DNA of 63,920 nt, counting the filler. It is 7 parts of 7 records of this genome, joined end to end, with 100 filler letters (N's around TTAATTAATTAA, not from the genome) between each part and the next. Parts side by side here need not be neighbours in the genome. Positions count along the whole stretch, not along the records: positions 39,818 to 52,981 come from SRR31147125_6644; 6 more parts are not named here. The stretch is one strand, 5' to 3'. Of the stretch, positions 41,356-52,375 are shown piece by piece (the stretch's first letter is position 1; each line of letters opens with the position of its first letter). Made by a program: the position numbers and the translations under genes. The notes below the pieces were generated by a model. The model searched no databases. It saw nothing but the letters and a program-made list of their open reading frames with translations, and was not told the DNA's origin.

Positions 41356-43383
41356 ATGGGAAAAAGAAAAATATCAAACATCAGTTCCCGAAAGCTTTTG
41401 ACTTTACTCGCATCATTTCTTGTTTTAGTAATTGTAGGGTGTAAGCAACAACAACCATCAATAATTGCTATTGCTGAAGATATGATAATTAACGAATCTG
41501 GTTCGGGAGAATACATGAACTGGTTTGATGAGCAGGATTCAAATGGAGTTCCCGGCACTATTTGGAAAACTGAGGCAATGCCAAGTTTTTGGCCGGCAAG
41601 TATTGTAATCAATCTGGGGTGTAAATTTCAGGTTACAGAAGTATGGGTTTTCGATGGAAATAAAGAACCCAATGTGGAAGGCGGCAAATTACAGCTTGCT
41701 TCTGGATTGCCGTTTGATTGGCAAAACAAACAAACCTTGGAACTACAGAATATTGAAGGATGGGTTAAGATAAATTGGAAAGCCGAGACTCAGTTTATTC
41801 AATTACAGAAACAGTCTACGGTGCATTATAATACTGAAAAGGATTATTATAAAAATTATGATCTTTCAATTAAAGAGGTAATAATAAAAGGTTATGCTTT
41901 GGAAAAAAGAATTGATTCAACCTCAGAAAATAAACACACTGCATTTAACATCTCGATGGATCAATTTATTGGAATGAATTCTTATATAAATACAGTTGAT
42001 AAAGTACACGAGGCTGTTGGTTTGGTTCGTGAATACCGTCCATGGCGTTGGAATGGGGTAAAAGATTTGGAAACCCCAATAAATTGGGGAAAGATTAAGG
42101 GCAGTGCAGGTGGTGATGAATATGCTGTGATGGAAATTGGGAATAGTGACGGGTATTATCAAAAAATGAAGAATATGGAAATTGAATGTGTTCCTTGTAT
42201 TCATCGGCATGTGGACGAAGAGAAGGAGCATGAAAATATACCCTGTTTTGATGGTGATCCCAACGAACCGTTTTCATACAAAATAATGTCAGATTATTCG
42301 TTTCAATTTGCTGCCCGATACGGTAATCAAAAGGTGTCTGAAAATTTATTGCGAACAACAGAACCCAGTCCTAAAAAAAGTGGAATGGGGCTAATTCGCT
42401 ACTTTGAGAACTGGAATGAACCCAACCGCTGGTGGGGTAATCCGGCGGGGCATTTTACTCCCTATCAGTTTGCTGCATTTTGTAGCGCATCCTACGATGG
42501 TCATCTTAAGCAAATGGGAGCGGGCTTTGGTGTTAAGAATGCTGATCCTGACATAAAATATGTGCTTGGCGGATTGGCAAATATGTCGATGGATTATGTA
42601 AAAGCCATGAAGGCATGGTCTGATAAATACAGGAACGGTTCATTCCCTGCCGATGTTATTAATTTTCATCATTACTGTAATACTTTAGGAAAACAACATT
42701 CGGGAGAAAAAGACATGGGAATAAGCCCGGAAGCGGCTAATCTAAAAGAAATGCTATTAGAGATAGTAAAATGGCGAAATGCCAATTTGCCAAGTAAAGA
42801 AATATGGCTGAGTGAATTTGGATGGGACACCGACGAAAACACATACATTTCTGCTGCTCATGGGCATAAATTATATCCCGAAAAAATTACGATGGAAGAA
42901 ATTCAGGCTCAGTGGATTGTCCGCGAATATCTGATTGGTGCAGGTGCCGGATTAGATCGTATGATGATGTTTTTAGCCAACGACTTAAAAAACTATCCGC
43001 ATGGGGTGTATGGTAAATGTGGTTTTATAACTGTTGATGAAGAATATAAACCATCGTGGTATTACGTGAAAACATTAAAAAATGCATTAGCTGAAATGTT
43101 GTTTGAGCAGGAAATTGATTCAGGGACTAAGGATGTTTGGATTTATAAATTTCACAATCCGAATAATAATGAAGCTGCATATGTTCTTTGGTGCCCAACT
43201 AGCGATGGAACAAAAGTAGATAAATATGATCTGCGGTTGCCTGTAGAAATACAATCGGTTACAAGTATAAGCTTAGTGCATAATGCCGAAAACGGACAAA
43301 AGATAAAATTAAAAGCTAATGGCGGAATCGTAAAAGTTAATGTAAATGAACGACCTGTTATTATCCTAACAAACAACCTTTAA
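41356..43383 (+). CDS. Putative clan GH-A glycoside hydrolase lipoprotein with N-terminal discoidin-like domain
   Basis: IVGC lipobox; ENWNEP (acid/base), INFHHY, WLSEFGWD (nucleophile). Confidence 0.7.
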   Translation: MGKRKISNISSRKLLTLLASFLVLVIVGCKQQQPSIIAIAEDMIINESGSGEYMNWFDEQDSNGVPGTIWKTEAMPSFWPASIVINLGCKFQVTEVWVFDGNKEPNVEGGKLQLASGLPFDWQNKQTLELQNIEGWVKINWKAETQFIQLQKQSTVHYNTEKDYYKNYDLSIKEVIIKGYALEKRIDSTSENKHTAFNISMDQFIGMNSYINTVDKVHEAVGLVREYRPWRWNGVKDLETPINWGKIKGSAGGDEYAVMEIGNSDGYYQKMKNMEIECVPCIHRHVDEEKEHENIPCFDGDPNEPFSYKIMSDYSFQFAARYGNQKVSENLLRTTEPSPKKSGMGLIRYFENWNEPNRWWGNPAGHFTPYQFAAFCSASYDGHLKQMGAGFGVKNADPDIKYVLGGLANMSMDYVKAMKAWSDKYRNGSFPADVINFHHYCNTLGKQHSGEKDMGISPEAANLKEMLLEIVKWRNANLPSKEIWLSEFGWDTDENTYISAAHGHKLYPEKITMEEIQAQWIVREYLIGAGAGLDRMMMFLANDLKNYPHGVYGKCGFITVDEEYKPSWYYVKTLKNALAEMLFEQEIDSGTKDVWIYKFHNPNNNEAAYVLWCPTSDGTKVDKYDLRLPVEIQSVTSISLVHNAENGQKIKLKANGGIVKVNVNERPVIILTNNL

Positions 43384-43462
43384 TATGAATGGGAGATACA
43401 ATTTACTTGGTTGATAATTTTTCTATTCACAATCCTATTAATAACCAATTTAAATTTTTAGT

Positions 43463-45467
43463 ATGAGAAAAAAAACCTATCCACATCTCTTAATGTGTAT
43501 TCTCCTTTTGGTGGCATGTTCGCACATGGCAAATGCAAGCAACGAAACGGGAGAGACAAATAAAAAAGAAGAATTTGCAATTTTTCATTCTCCATATTTT
43601 GCAATGGCTTTTGTAAAAGAATATCCGATGATGGCCTATTTTAATATTGAATCTGGAGGAAGATCTGGTCGATATATGGATAAGTCGTTGTTACGCTCGG
43701 GATTGGGAGGAGTCCTTGTTTCAGGAGAAAAAAGCGCAATACAATTAAAATGTGAATCAGAAACGACTTCAGAAGGTATTTCATATAAATCTATTCCTGT
43801 TGAGGATGGGAATGAGCTGGAATTTTCTGTTATTATAAAAGATAAGCACTCGTTTCAGTTCAATTTTTCATCAGAAAAAAAGTTTTGAATGAAGAATTTT
43901 TTAAAATTGCTACCGCTCCAGATATTGCGCCAATTAGCATTTGGGCTGAAAAAAGCAAAATGCCTTGTTCTTATAAATACAATAGGGAAAAATCATATTT
44001 CAATCCAGAGGTAAGGAAGGCTTCCTTTAAATTGCCTGCTATATTCCACTTTCCCGACTACGGTCTGGTACAAGTCGATTCAGACAATTCTGATGCCATT
44101 TACATTCAAGAACATATTATTCCTGATTATTCAAATACCGGCTTATCTCTGGGGCCATATAATCAAGGCCCACATCCTGGCTTTCGTGCTTATCATAAAG
44201 GAACAGTTTTGATTTCTTTTCACACAAAAGCAGAACTTAAAACAGCAAATTTGCAATTTAAAGTTTTAGATGAAAATTATCCAAAAATACAATCTTGCGA
44301 TTTTTCCGATGCACGTTTTGATGGCTTAAAACGTTGTTGGCAAAATTCATTTCCGGTAAATCCACAGCAACAATGTATGGGCGATAATATTCTGCTGAAC
44401 GGAATTGCACATCTTGCAATGCAGAATAAGGCTGATAAGTTGGTGTTTACTTCTGATTTACCCGGTTCTGAAAGTATGATTAATTCCTTAAACCGTTCTT
44501 TGGAAATTACCTTTACCGAAAGGGTAAGAGAAAATGGACGTATTGATGATTACGGCTGGGAAAGCACAGAAATATGTTTAATAGCACTGTATGATTATTT
44601 ACTAATCACCAACGATTGGGAATTTATACATAGCCATATCTCAAATATTAAAAAGGTGGTGCAGTCTGTTTTAAACACTGATACAGATAATGATGGGATA
44701 TTTGAATCACCTTTTCATGGTAATTATTTCGATTCGAAACGCAGCAGCCTTAACTGGTGGGACGATTTTGCTTTTGGGCACAAAGATGCTTATGTAAACC
44801 TGAAAGCCTATCGGGCATTAAAAGGTATGAATACGGTTTTTGCTATGCTAAAACTTAAAGAAGCAGAAGCAATTTCAAATAAACTAAAACTATTTCAAAC
44901 AAATTTTCATGAAACCTTTTTCAATCCCGAAACTGGCGTATATGGTGGATGGATTAGTGAAAACGGAAAGATGCACGATTACATGTTTTCTTTTATAAAC
45001 GGAATGGCTATAAATCAGGGATTAGTAGATAATGTGTTGGCGAAAGAGATTTTGAAAAGATTGTTAAGCCAAATGCAAAAGAAGGTTATGACTTTCGATA
45101 TGGAGTTCCAGGACCAACTCTGCCGGTTGATGAAGCTGACCACCATGGATGGGAGCAAACAACTCGGTGGGGATATTATGAAAATGGCGGACTTTGTGGG
45201 CAAACTGCTTATCATTTTATACAGGCTCTTTACAATGTTGGAATGCGTGATAAAGCCGATGAAATACTTTTTAAAATGATAGCTACTTTCGAGAGGGAGC
45301 CAACACACTCGGGTTTATTCCCTGGATATTTGCAAAGTGTTGACTGGAGAACAAAAGGAGGTGCACCAACAGGTTACAACTATTTAGCTGATAATTATTA
45401 TTTCCTGTTAGCAGCAATAACCGGCTATTATGGGATTGAATTTCCAGAATTAAAGAAGCCAGAGTAG
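43463..45467 (+). CDS. Putative (alpha/alpha)6 glycoside hydrolase; two frameshifts (~43880, ~45077)
   Basis: Three ORF pieces join into one protein with a signal peptide, DTDNDGIFE, NWWDDFAFGHKDAYVN, FFNPETG, GYYENGG. Confidence 0.65.
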
Positions 45468-45468
45468 A

Positions 45469-45561
45469 ATGCTTTTCGACCATAAAACCGATCCAAATAA
45501 AAATGTTGTTGAATCAGTCGCTTTGAAAGCTGCCGTTACGTTTCTGCATAAAAGCGGGTAA
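45469..45561 (+). pseudogene. Remnant 3' end of a sulfatase gene
   Basis: MLFDHKTDPNKNVV mirrors MLYDHKTDPEENKNVV of the next gene (46890-46937) at DNA and protein level. Confidence 0.55.
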
Positions 45562-45596
45562 AAATTAAGAGTTATAAATAATTAAAAATATAAATT

Positions 45597-47006
45597 ATGA
45601 GAAGCATAACCGTCGCAATATTTGTTTTAATGGCAGTCGGATTTTTCAGCTGTCAGTCCAAGCAAAATTCAAAACATAAAAAAAGCAATATACTTTTTAT
45701 TGCTGTTGATGATTTACGTCCAGAACTAGCTTGTTACGGCCATAGGAAAGTACAATCTCCAAACATAGACCAATTGGCAGCAGAAGGCTTACTGTTTACA
45801 AATGCCTATTGCAATGTGCCTGTTTGTGGTGCATCACGGGCTAGTTTATTAACAGGTATTCGACCAACGGCAAATCGTTTTGTTGGTTATAACACTTATG
45901 CTAAAGACGACGCTCCTGCTGCTGTTAGTTTGCCTGAACATTTTAGGAACAACGGTTATTATACAATTTCACTGGGAAAGGTTTTTCACCATATCGATGA
46001 TATTCCTGAAAGTTGGTCAGAAAAGCCTTGGAGTCCTCCTGCAGAGGCTGGAACTTATTTGGATTATGCCTCGGACGAGAACAAAAAAATTCTAAACGCC
46101 GGCAATTTACGAGCATTTCCATACGATGCTGCCGATGTTAATGATAATGCATATTTCGACGGTCAATTAGCTTCCAAAGCTATCGAGACATTAAAACGGC
46201 TGCAAAAAATGGATAAACCGTTTTTTCTGGGCACAGGTTTTTTTAAACCACATTTGCCATTTAATGCTCCGCACAAGTATTGGGATTTGTATCCTACTGA
46301 ATCAATTCAATTGCCAGATAATTATTGCCGTCCAGAAAATGCTCCAGATATAGCGATTCATAATTTTGGGGAACTTCGCAGTTATTTCGGTGTCCCACAG
46401 GAAGGTCCGATTTCTGAAGAAATGGCTAAACAACTAATTCGTGGTTATTATGCTTGTGTCAGTTATCTGGATGTACAGATTGGTCGTGTTTTAGATGCAT
46501 TGGACGAACTAGGATTGGCTGAAAATACAATTGTCGTTTTATGGGGCGATCATGGCTGGCAATTAGGAGAACATAGCTTGTGGTGTAAACACGCTAATTT
46601 TAAAACATCGCTTAATGCTCCATTAATTATAAAAGCACCAGGTTTTAAAGACAATTTAAAATCAGGTGCACTAGTCGAATTTGTTGATATTTTCCCATCG
46701 CTGTGCGAATTAGTCGATCTTTCATTACCTTCTCAGTTGCAAGGGAGAAGTTTTGTTCCGCTTTTAAGTAACCAAGGAATACCATGGAAGGAGTCAGTGT
46801 TCTCTCGATATGTGGAGGGAGAGTCAGTAATCACAGATCATTTTATTTATTCGGAATGGTTTAATAAAGAAGGTTTAAGCTATGGGAAAATGCTTTATGA
46901 CCATAAAACCGACCCTGAAGAAAATAAAAATGTTGTGGGCTCAGAAAAATATAGAGACACTGTTGAGTCGTTAGGCAAGCAGTTAATGCAAATTCGGAGT
47001 AAATAA
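45597..47006 (+). CDS. Formylglycine-dependent sulfatase (iduronate-2-sulfatase-like) lipoprotein
   Basis: NILFIAVDDLRP, CGASR, GKVFH, KPHLPF, WGDHG, WCKH. Confidence 0.92.
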   Translation: MRSITVAIFVLMAVGFFSCQSKQNSKHKKSNILFIAVDDLRPELACYGHRKVQSPNIDQLAAEGLLFTNAYCNVPVCGASRASLLTGIRPTANRFVGYNTYAKDDAPAAVSLPEHFRNNGYYTISLGKVFHHIDDIPESWSEKPWSPPAEAGTYLDYASDENKKILNAGNLRAFPYDAADVNDNAYFDGQLASKAIETLKRLQKMDKPFFLGTGFFKPHLPFNAPHKYWDLYPTESIQLPDNYCRPENAPDIAIHNFGELRSYFGVPQEGPISEEMAKQLIRGYYACVSYLDVQIGRVLDALDELGLAENTIVVLWGDHGWQLGEHSLWCKHANFKTSLNAPLIIKAPGFKDNLKSGALVEFVDIFPSLCELVDLSLPSQLQGRSFVPLLSNQGIPWKESVFSRYVEGESVITDHFIYSEWFNKEGLSYGKMLYDHKTDPEENKNVVGSEKYRDTVESLGKQLMQIRSK

Positions 47007-47052
47007 TATTGAGTTAAAAATATAATCGTAAATCATTTCAAAACAAGAAATA

Positions 47053-47724
47053 ATGAAAAAGTTCATAATAACATTTAAGCTAATATTTTTAATCGTTTTA
47101 TTTTGTGGAAGTAAGATTAGTGTTGCCCAATGTAATCCTGAAGAAAAGTGGGAATCATCCATCGCAAAATATGAATATCAGGACTCAATATCCATGCCTG
47201 AACCTGGTGGAATTTTATTGCTCGGAAGTTCTTCGTTTACGATTTGGCAAGATGTACAAGATTATTTCCCGGATAAAAATATTATTAACAGAGGATTTGG
47301 TGGGTCACAAATGAGTGATATTCTTTTTTATAAAGAACGGTTGATTTTACCATACAAACCCAAACAAATAGTGATATTTGTAGGAGGGAATGATTTGGGA
47401 GCAGGAGATTCACCCAGAACCATATTTAAAGAAGGGAAGAAGTTGGTAAAATGGGTAATGAAACAGTTTCCAGATGTTCAATTCACTTTTTTATCAATGA
47501 AACCTAGCCCTCGTAGGTGGAATTTGAAGGAAGAAATGCTTGAGTTAAACAAAATGCTTATTGCACAGTCTAAGAAAAAACGCATAGACTTTATAGATAT
47601 TTGGAATCCAATGCTTGGGAATGATGGTCAACCTGTTGCCTCAAACTATTTAGATGATCTTTTGCATTTAAATTCTAATGGGTATCAGATTTGGAAAAAG
47701 GCAATGGTTCCATATCTCAGATAA
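47053..47724 (+). CDS. SGNH/GDSL esterase
   Basis: LGSSS, NRGFGG, GGND, DLLH. Confidence 0.88.
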   Translation: MKKFIITFKLIFLIVLFCGSKISVAQCNPEEKWESSIAKYEYQDSISMPEPGGILLLGSSSFTIWQDVQDYFPDKNIINRGFGGSQMSDILFYKERLILPYKPKQIVIFVGGNDLGAGDSPRTIFKEGKKLVKWVMKQFPDVQFTFLSMKPSPRRWNLKEEMLELNKMLIAQSKKKRIDFIDIWNPMLGNDGQPVASNYLDDLLHLNSNGYQIWKKAMVPYLR

Positions 47725-48306
47725 TATTTTTTTGCTTTTACTTTATCACAAAGCTGTAGTAATTTACGCAATTAATACTTTTATTAAAGTGCATTAAAAG
47801 GTTAGTATAATAGCTTATTCAAGCTGAATTAGGATTAATGAAAATTATTATGAAACCATCCTCTATTATCTTCATTTTGTTGTTTCTATTTTCGCTTTCC
47901 TGTATACGAAAAAGTAATGAATATGTATTTCTAATGAGTCTGTGTGTCAGTGGTTTATGTAGAGGTAAAATTTTTGGTTCACCGTTTTATTCACATTTAA
48001 AGAACGTTTATTTTTATTGTAAAAATATAGAAAATTGAACACATTACCAATATTTTCAATTCCAGATCCTTTTGCACTGGCTATTACTATTTGCTTATAC
48101 TTTGGTAGGAAGTATAAGCAAACGTTGTAAGACTACAAAAGACTATTGTAATTGTTACGATGTGGTGAATAAGTACAGCTTGCAGTTTGTCTGCTCTACA
48201 TATTTCGCTTCAATTTCAAAAATACAACTCTGAAGATGAAAACAATAAAATTGCTTCAATACATAATTTGAATATATTTGTATTTCTCTAAGACTAACTG
48301 ATTTTG

Positions 48307-50880
48307 ATGCGTGAAAACAGAAAATACAATAAAGACTTTAAACGTTTTTGTATATTAATAGTGCTAGTATTGTGTGTATCTGTTTCTTCTGCGCAAACCT
48401 ACGGTCTAAAATTCAATTCACATAATGTAACACTCGATAAGCGTACGGAATTAGACTTAATTCCTAATGGATTTCTTAAGTTACAGGATGAATTTGAAAT
48501 TTCATTTGATTATAAAACCACTCGTCTTCAGCCTAATTCGAATGCTGGTTTTTTTGGTTATGTTTTTAGAATAATAAACAAAGAAGGTAGAAACATTGAC
48601 CTTTTGAGTACACCGACACCTGAAATTGGTTTAAATCTGGTTATTGGAGAATCAAATACAATTATCCCGGCTAGCTATCCTGTAGAGAACATAAACAATT
48701 GGATTAACTTGCGGGTAAAATTTGAATTGGCTAAAGACCGTTTGATATTTTATACCCCAGACACGTTTTATGTTCAGGAAAACATCGGTTTTAAAAAAGA
48801 TGAACAGGTGAAAATAATTTTTGGGGTAAACGACTACAACCAGTTTAAGAATTCCGATGTTCCGTCGATGACCATTAAGGATGTAAAAATTGCAGAAAAG
48901 GGGAAGTTAAAGTATCACTGGGTATTAAATGAAAAAGAAGGACTTGTTGCTATTGATAAATTAAAAGGATGGGAAGCAAAAGTTATTAATCCATTATGGG
49001 TGACCTTAGATCACCAGAATTGGCAAAACATATACGAACACGAAATTCCTGATTTTATAAGTGTAGCTGCCAATACCGAAAATGGAGATATTTATATGGT
49101 TGGCAAAGATGAACTGACAGTTTATTCTACACTAAAAAATAATTTCAGGAAACTAAATTACAAGAATAATCCTCTGTTTCTTGACAGTAATTACAGGGCA
49201 ATATTCAATTCAAACGAAAACCGAATCTATTGCTATGTTGTTGATAATGGCCCATGTTATTCCCTTAATCTAAAAACAGGCGAATGGAATGATGTTGGAA
49301 GAACTGTGCAATTTGAGTCAAAGTTTCGTCACCATAATAGTTTTTATAATACCTCAGATAATTCAATATATGTATTTGGTGGCTATGGACTGCATAAGTA
49401 TAATAACGAGATTGTAAAAATCGACTTGACAGAAAATAACCGGACAGAATTGCAAACTGATAAAAAGGTTTTCTCTCCACGATATCTTGCTGGTTTGGGG
49501 GCTTTAAACGATACTGTGTATATTTTAGGGGGCTATGGTAGCCAATCAGGAAATCAGTTGATTAATCCGCAAAGTTATTTCGATTTAGTAGGGTATGCTA
49601 TTAAAGATGGAAGCCTGTTTAAGAAATTTGAAATTCCGCGTTTGATTGATGATATGATTGTGGGAAATTCTTTTTGGATTGATGAACACACACGAAATTA
49701 TTATGCACTAATTTTTAGTAAAATAAAGTTTGATGGAGAGTTACAACTAATCCAGGGAAATCTTGATTCACCTGAAGTTGCTTTGGTTGGCGACAATATA
49801 CCATTTCAATTTTTTGATATACGTTCTTTCGCAACTTTGTTTTATATGCCAACCCGGAACAAACTTTACACAATTACTTATTATACCAGTGATTCAAAAA
49901 CGAAAGTATCTGTTTTTTCAATTGATAACCCGCCCAATAAGGTGAGCCTTAATGCTGAGAATAAGGAGGAAATTACAAGAATTAGATTTTATATTGTTTT
50001 ATTTTTTATTGTATTGGCTGCGATTACCCTATGGATTGTTTTTAGAAAGAAAAAAGTAAAATCATTCGAAAAACCGGAGACTGATATTTTAACAGAAGAA
50101 AACGAAAAAAAGACGGTTATTGCAGAAGCTCCTCCTTTACCTGAGTTGCCTGATTATAACCTGATTTTATTTGGCGGTTTTCAGGTATTCAGTCAAAATC
50201 TTGAGGATATTACCAATAAATTTTCTCCTTTGTTAAAAGAGTTATTCCTGTTAATATTACTGCATACTTTCAAGAATAACAAAGGAATTTCATCTGATAA
50301 AATTACAGAGGTACTTTGGTTCGATAAGTCGGAGAAAAGTGCCCGAAATAACCGCTCGGTAAACATGGCAAAGTTGCGTACAATTCTTGAAGAACTTGGA
50401 GCTTGCGAACTTTCTAAAAAGACAGGATACTGGAAAATTAATTTTGAAGAGTCGCAAATTAAGAGTGATTATTTTGACTTCCTGAATATTACTGCATCGA
50501 AAAATAACCTGACAAAACAAAAGGTTAATCAGCTGATTGAAGTTACAAAGAAAGGTGCATTCTTGTCCAATTTACATTACGAGTGGTTAGATGAATTTAA
50601 AGCATCGGTTTCAGATACAATTATCGATACATTGGTGGAATTTGGACAAACTTGTGATGTGAAAGAAGAAGCTGATTTTATCGTTCACCTTGCTGATAGT
50701 ATTTTCAATTTCGATATGATTAACGAAGATGCGATGATTTTAAAATGTAAAGCACAGTATTGCATGGGAAAACACAGCCATGCAAAAGCAACCTACGAGA
50801 AATTCTTTAAAGAATATGTTGCAATGTATGGTCAGGAATACGAACAGGCATTTCTCAATATTCTTGAAATAAAAGAATAG
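48307..50880 (+). CDS. Membrane-spanning Kelch-repeat sensor with cytoplasmic SARP/BTAD-like regulatory domain
   Basis: Signal, LamG-like region, Kelch motifs YVFGGYG/YILGGYG, TM segment, ILFGGFQV...LKELFLLILL...RSVNMAKLR. Confidence 0.75.
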   Translation: MRENRKYNKDFKRFCILIVLVLCVSVSSAQTYGLKFNSHNVTLDKRTELDLIPNGFLKLQDEFEISFDYKTTRLQPNSNAGFFGYVFRIINKEGRNIDLLSTPTPEIGLNLVIGESNTIIPASYPVENINNWINLRVKFELAKDRLIFYTPDTFYVQENIGFKKDEQVKIIFGVNDYNQFKNSDVPSMTIKDVKIAEKGKLKYHWVLNEKEGLVAIDKLKGWEAKVINPLWVTLDHQNWQNIYEHEIPDFISVAANTENGDIYMVGKDELTVYSTLKNNFRKLNYKNNPLFLDSNYRAIFNSNENRIYCYVVDNGPCYSLNLKTGEWNDVGRTVQFESKFRHHNSFYNTSDNSIYVFGGYGLHKYNNEIVKIDLTENNRTELQTDKKVFSPRYLAGLGALNDTVYILGGYGSQSGNQLINPQSYFDLVGYAIKDGSLFKKFEIPRLIDDMIVGNSFWIDEHTRNYYALIFSKIKFDGELQLIQGNLDSPEVALVGDNIPFQFFDIRSFATLFYMPTRNKLYTITYYTSDSKTKVSVFSIDNPPNKVSLNAENKEEITRIRFYIVLFFIVLAAITLWIVFRKKKVKSFEKPETDILTEENEKKTVIAEAPPLPELPDYNLILFGGFQVFSQNLEDITNKFSPLLKELFLLILLHTFKNNKGISSDKITEVLWFDKSEKSARNNRSVNMAKLRTILEELGACELSKKTGYWKINFEESQIKSDYFDFLNITASKNNLTKQKVNQLIEVTKKGAFLSNLHYEWLDEFKASVSDTIIDTLVEFGQTCDVKEEADFIVHLADSIFNFDMINEDAMILKCKAQYCMGKHSHAKATYEKFFKEYVAMYGQEYEQAFLNILEIKE

Positions 50881-50919
50881 TGTTTGTGTTTTTGGTTTCA
50901 TCTCGAGAATCTAAACGTT

Positions 50920-50971
50920 TATTAATCTCAGGTATTAATCCTCTTCAACTTTTATTAATCGAATATTAATA
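50920..50971 (+). repeat. Four TATTAAT(C) direct repeats upstream of a sulfatase; possible operator
   Basis: tattaatc at 50920, 50933, 50953 and tattaata at 50964. Confidence 0.5.
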
Positions 50972-51012
50972 GGATGATTCTTTATTTGCTGAAAATTTAA
51001 ACCAGTAAAGAA

Positions 51013-52368
51013 ATGAATCGTTTTATAAAAGTTTGTTTTGTGGTTTTGTGGGGATTATTTTTTGCAAACTCAATTTTTGCACATCCAAATTCAAATGAAA
51101 CTAAGAATAAAAATCGCCCTAATATCGTAATCATTCTTTCCGACGACCAGGGTAATGCCGATGCTGGTTACCAGCGAAATCCATCTACTGTTTCTACTCC
51201 CTCATTAGATAAGCTTGCAGCTGACGGAGTGGTTTTTACAAATGGTTATGCAAGCGGATATGTATGTGCGCCAACACGTGCAGGACTTTTAACCGGACGC
51301 TACCAACAGCGATTTGGCTTTTATCGCGCACCCGATTCTCGCATAGGTTTGCCTTTAGATGAAATTACACTTGCAGATATTCTAAAAAAAGAAGGCTACA
51401 AAACCGGGGCTTTTGGCAAGTGGCATTTAGGCTTAACCCAAAAACATCATCCATGCAATCGCGGATTCGATGAATTTTATGGTTTCCTGGGGCATGGAGC
51501 ACACGATTATTTCGACCTTAAATTAGTAGAAAGCAATGCCGACGATTACCATCAGGCAATTTACCGCAATCTGGAAGCAATTTCCGATACCGGGTATTTA
51601 ACTGATAATCTTGGGCGCGAAGCTTGTTCGTTCATAAAAAGAAATGCAAACAAATCTTTCTTTTTGTACCTGCCATTTAATGCTGTTCATACTCCTATGC
51701 AAGCTCCAGAAAAAGATATTACAAAATTTAATACAGGCGACCGAAAACGCGATATTCAATTGGCTATGTTGCATCGAATGGATGTTGCAATTGGAAAGGT
51801 GATAGAAACATTAAAAGCAGAAGGTGTGTACGAAAACACCCTTGTCTTCTTTTTCTCCGATAATGGCGGAGCAAAAGCGTCGAGCGCCAATAATTTGCCC
51901 TTGCGCGATTTTAAACATAGTGTTTATGAAGGTGGTTTGCGTGTACCTTTTATTGTTAGCTGGGCTGGTAAAATAGAACCAGCAGTGTGCAATGAGCCGG
52001 TAATTTCGTTGGATATTATGCCTACGATTTGCTCTGTAGTTGGTGCAAAACTTCCGGCAGACAGAATCTACGATGGAAAAGATATTCTTCCAGCAATCAA
52101 CAGCAAATTAAATAGTCCTGTTCACAACGAACTATATTTTGATGGAAACGATGGTTATTGGGCTGTTCGGCAAGGAGAATGGAAATTGGTTTATTCTAAA
52201 CAAGGAGAGTTCGAATTATTTAACATCGAAGATGACTTAAAAGAAAAAAACAACCTGTCTGATGAAAATCCTGAAAAGGTAGATGAGTTGAAATTGAAAT
52301 ATGAAAAGTGGCGCTCGGGAATGGGAACGCCTATGGGGAAATCGAGAAAGAAAAAAAGAAAACTTTAA
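51013..52368 (+). CDS. Sulfatase (arylsulfatase/GALNS-like)
   Basis: PNIVIILSDD, CAPTR, GKWHLG, SDNG, EGGLRVP. Confidence 0.92.
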   Translation: MNRFIKVCFVVLWGLFFANSIFAHPNSNETKNKNRPNIVIILSDDQGNADAGYQRNPSTVSTPSLDKLAADGVVFTNGYASGYVCAPTRAGLLTGRYQQRFGFYRAPDSRIGLPLDEITLADILKKEGYKTGAFGKWHLGLTQKHHPCNRGFDEFYGFLGHGAHDYFDLKLVESNADDYHQAIYRNLEAISDTGYLTDNLGREACSFIKRNANKSFFLYLPFNAVHTPMQAPEKDITKFNTGDRKRDIQLAMLHRMDVAIGKVIETLKAEGVYENTLVFFFSDNGGAKASSANNLPLRDFKHSVYEGGLRVPFIVSWAGKIEPAVCNEPVISLDIMPTICSVVGAKLPADRIYDGKDILPAINSKLNSPVHNELYFDGNDGYWAVRQGEWKLVYSKQGEFELFNIEDDLKEKNNLSDENPEKVDELKLKYEKWRSGMGTPMGKSRKKKRKL

Positions 52369-52375
52369 AATATAT

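Noticed and set aside
43870-43890. A_AAA_AAG slippery heptamer followed by a stop, with the -1 frame continuing the gene (possible programmed frameshift)
   Set aside because: The same gene has a second frameshift at ~45077, homopolymer indels are common in these contigs, and I saw no stimulatory hairpin.
47838-48038. 66-aa lipoprotein-like ORF
   Set aside because: Plausible signal peptide but the rest looks non-coding; possibly a gene remnant, not supportable.
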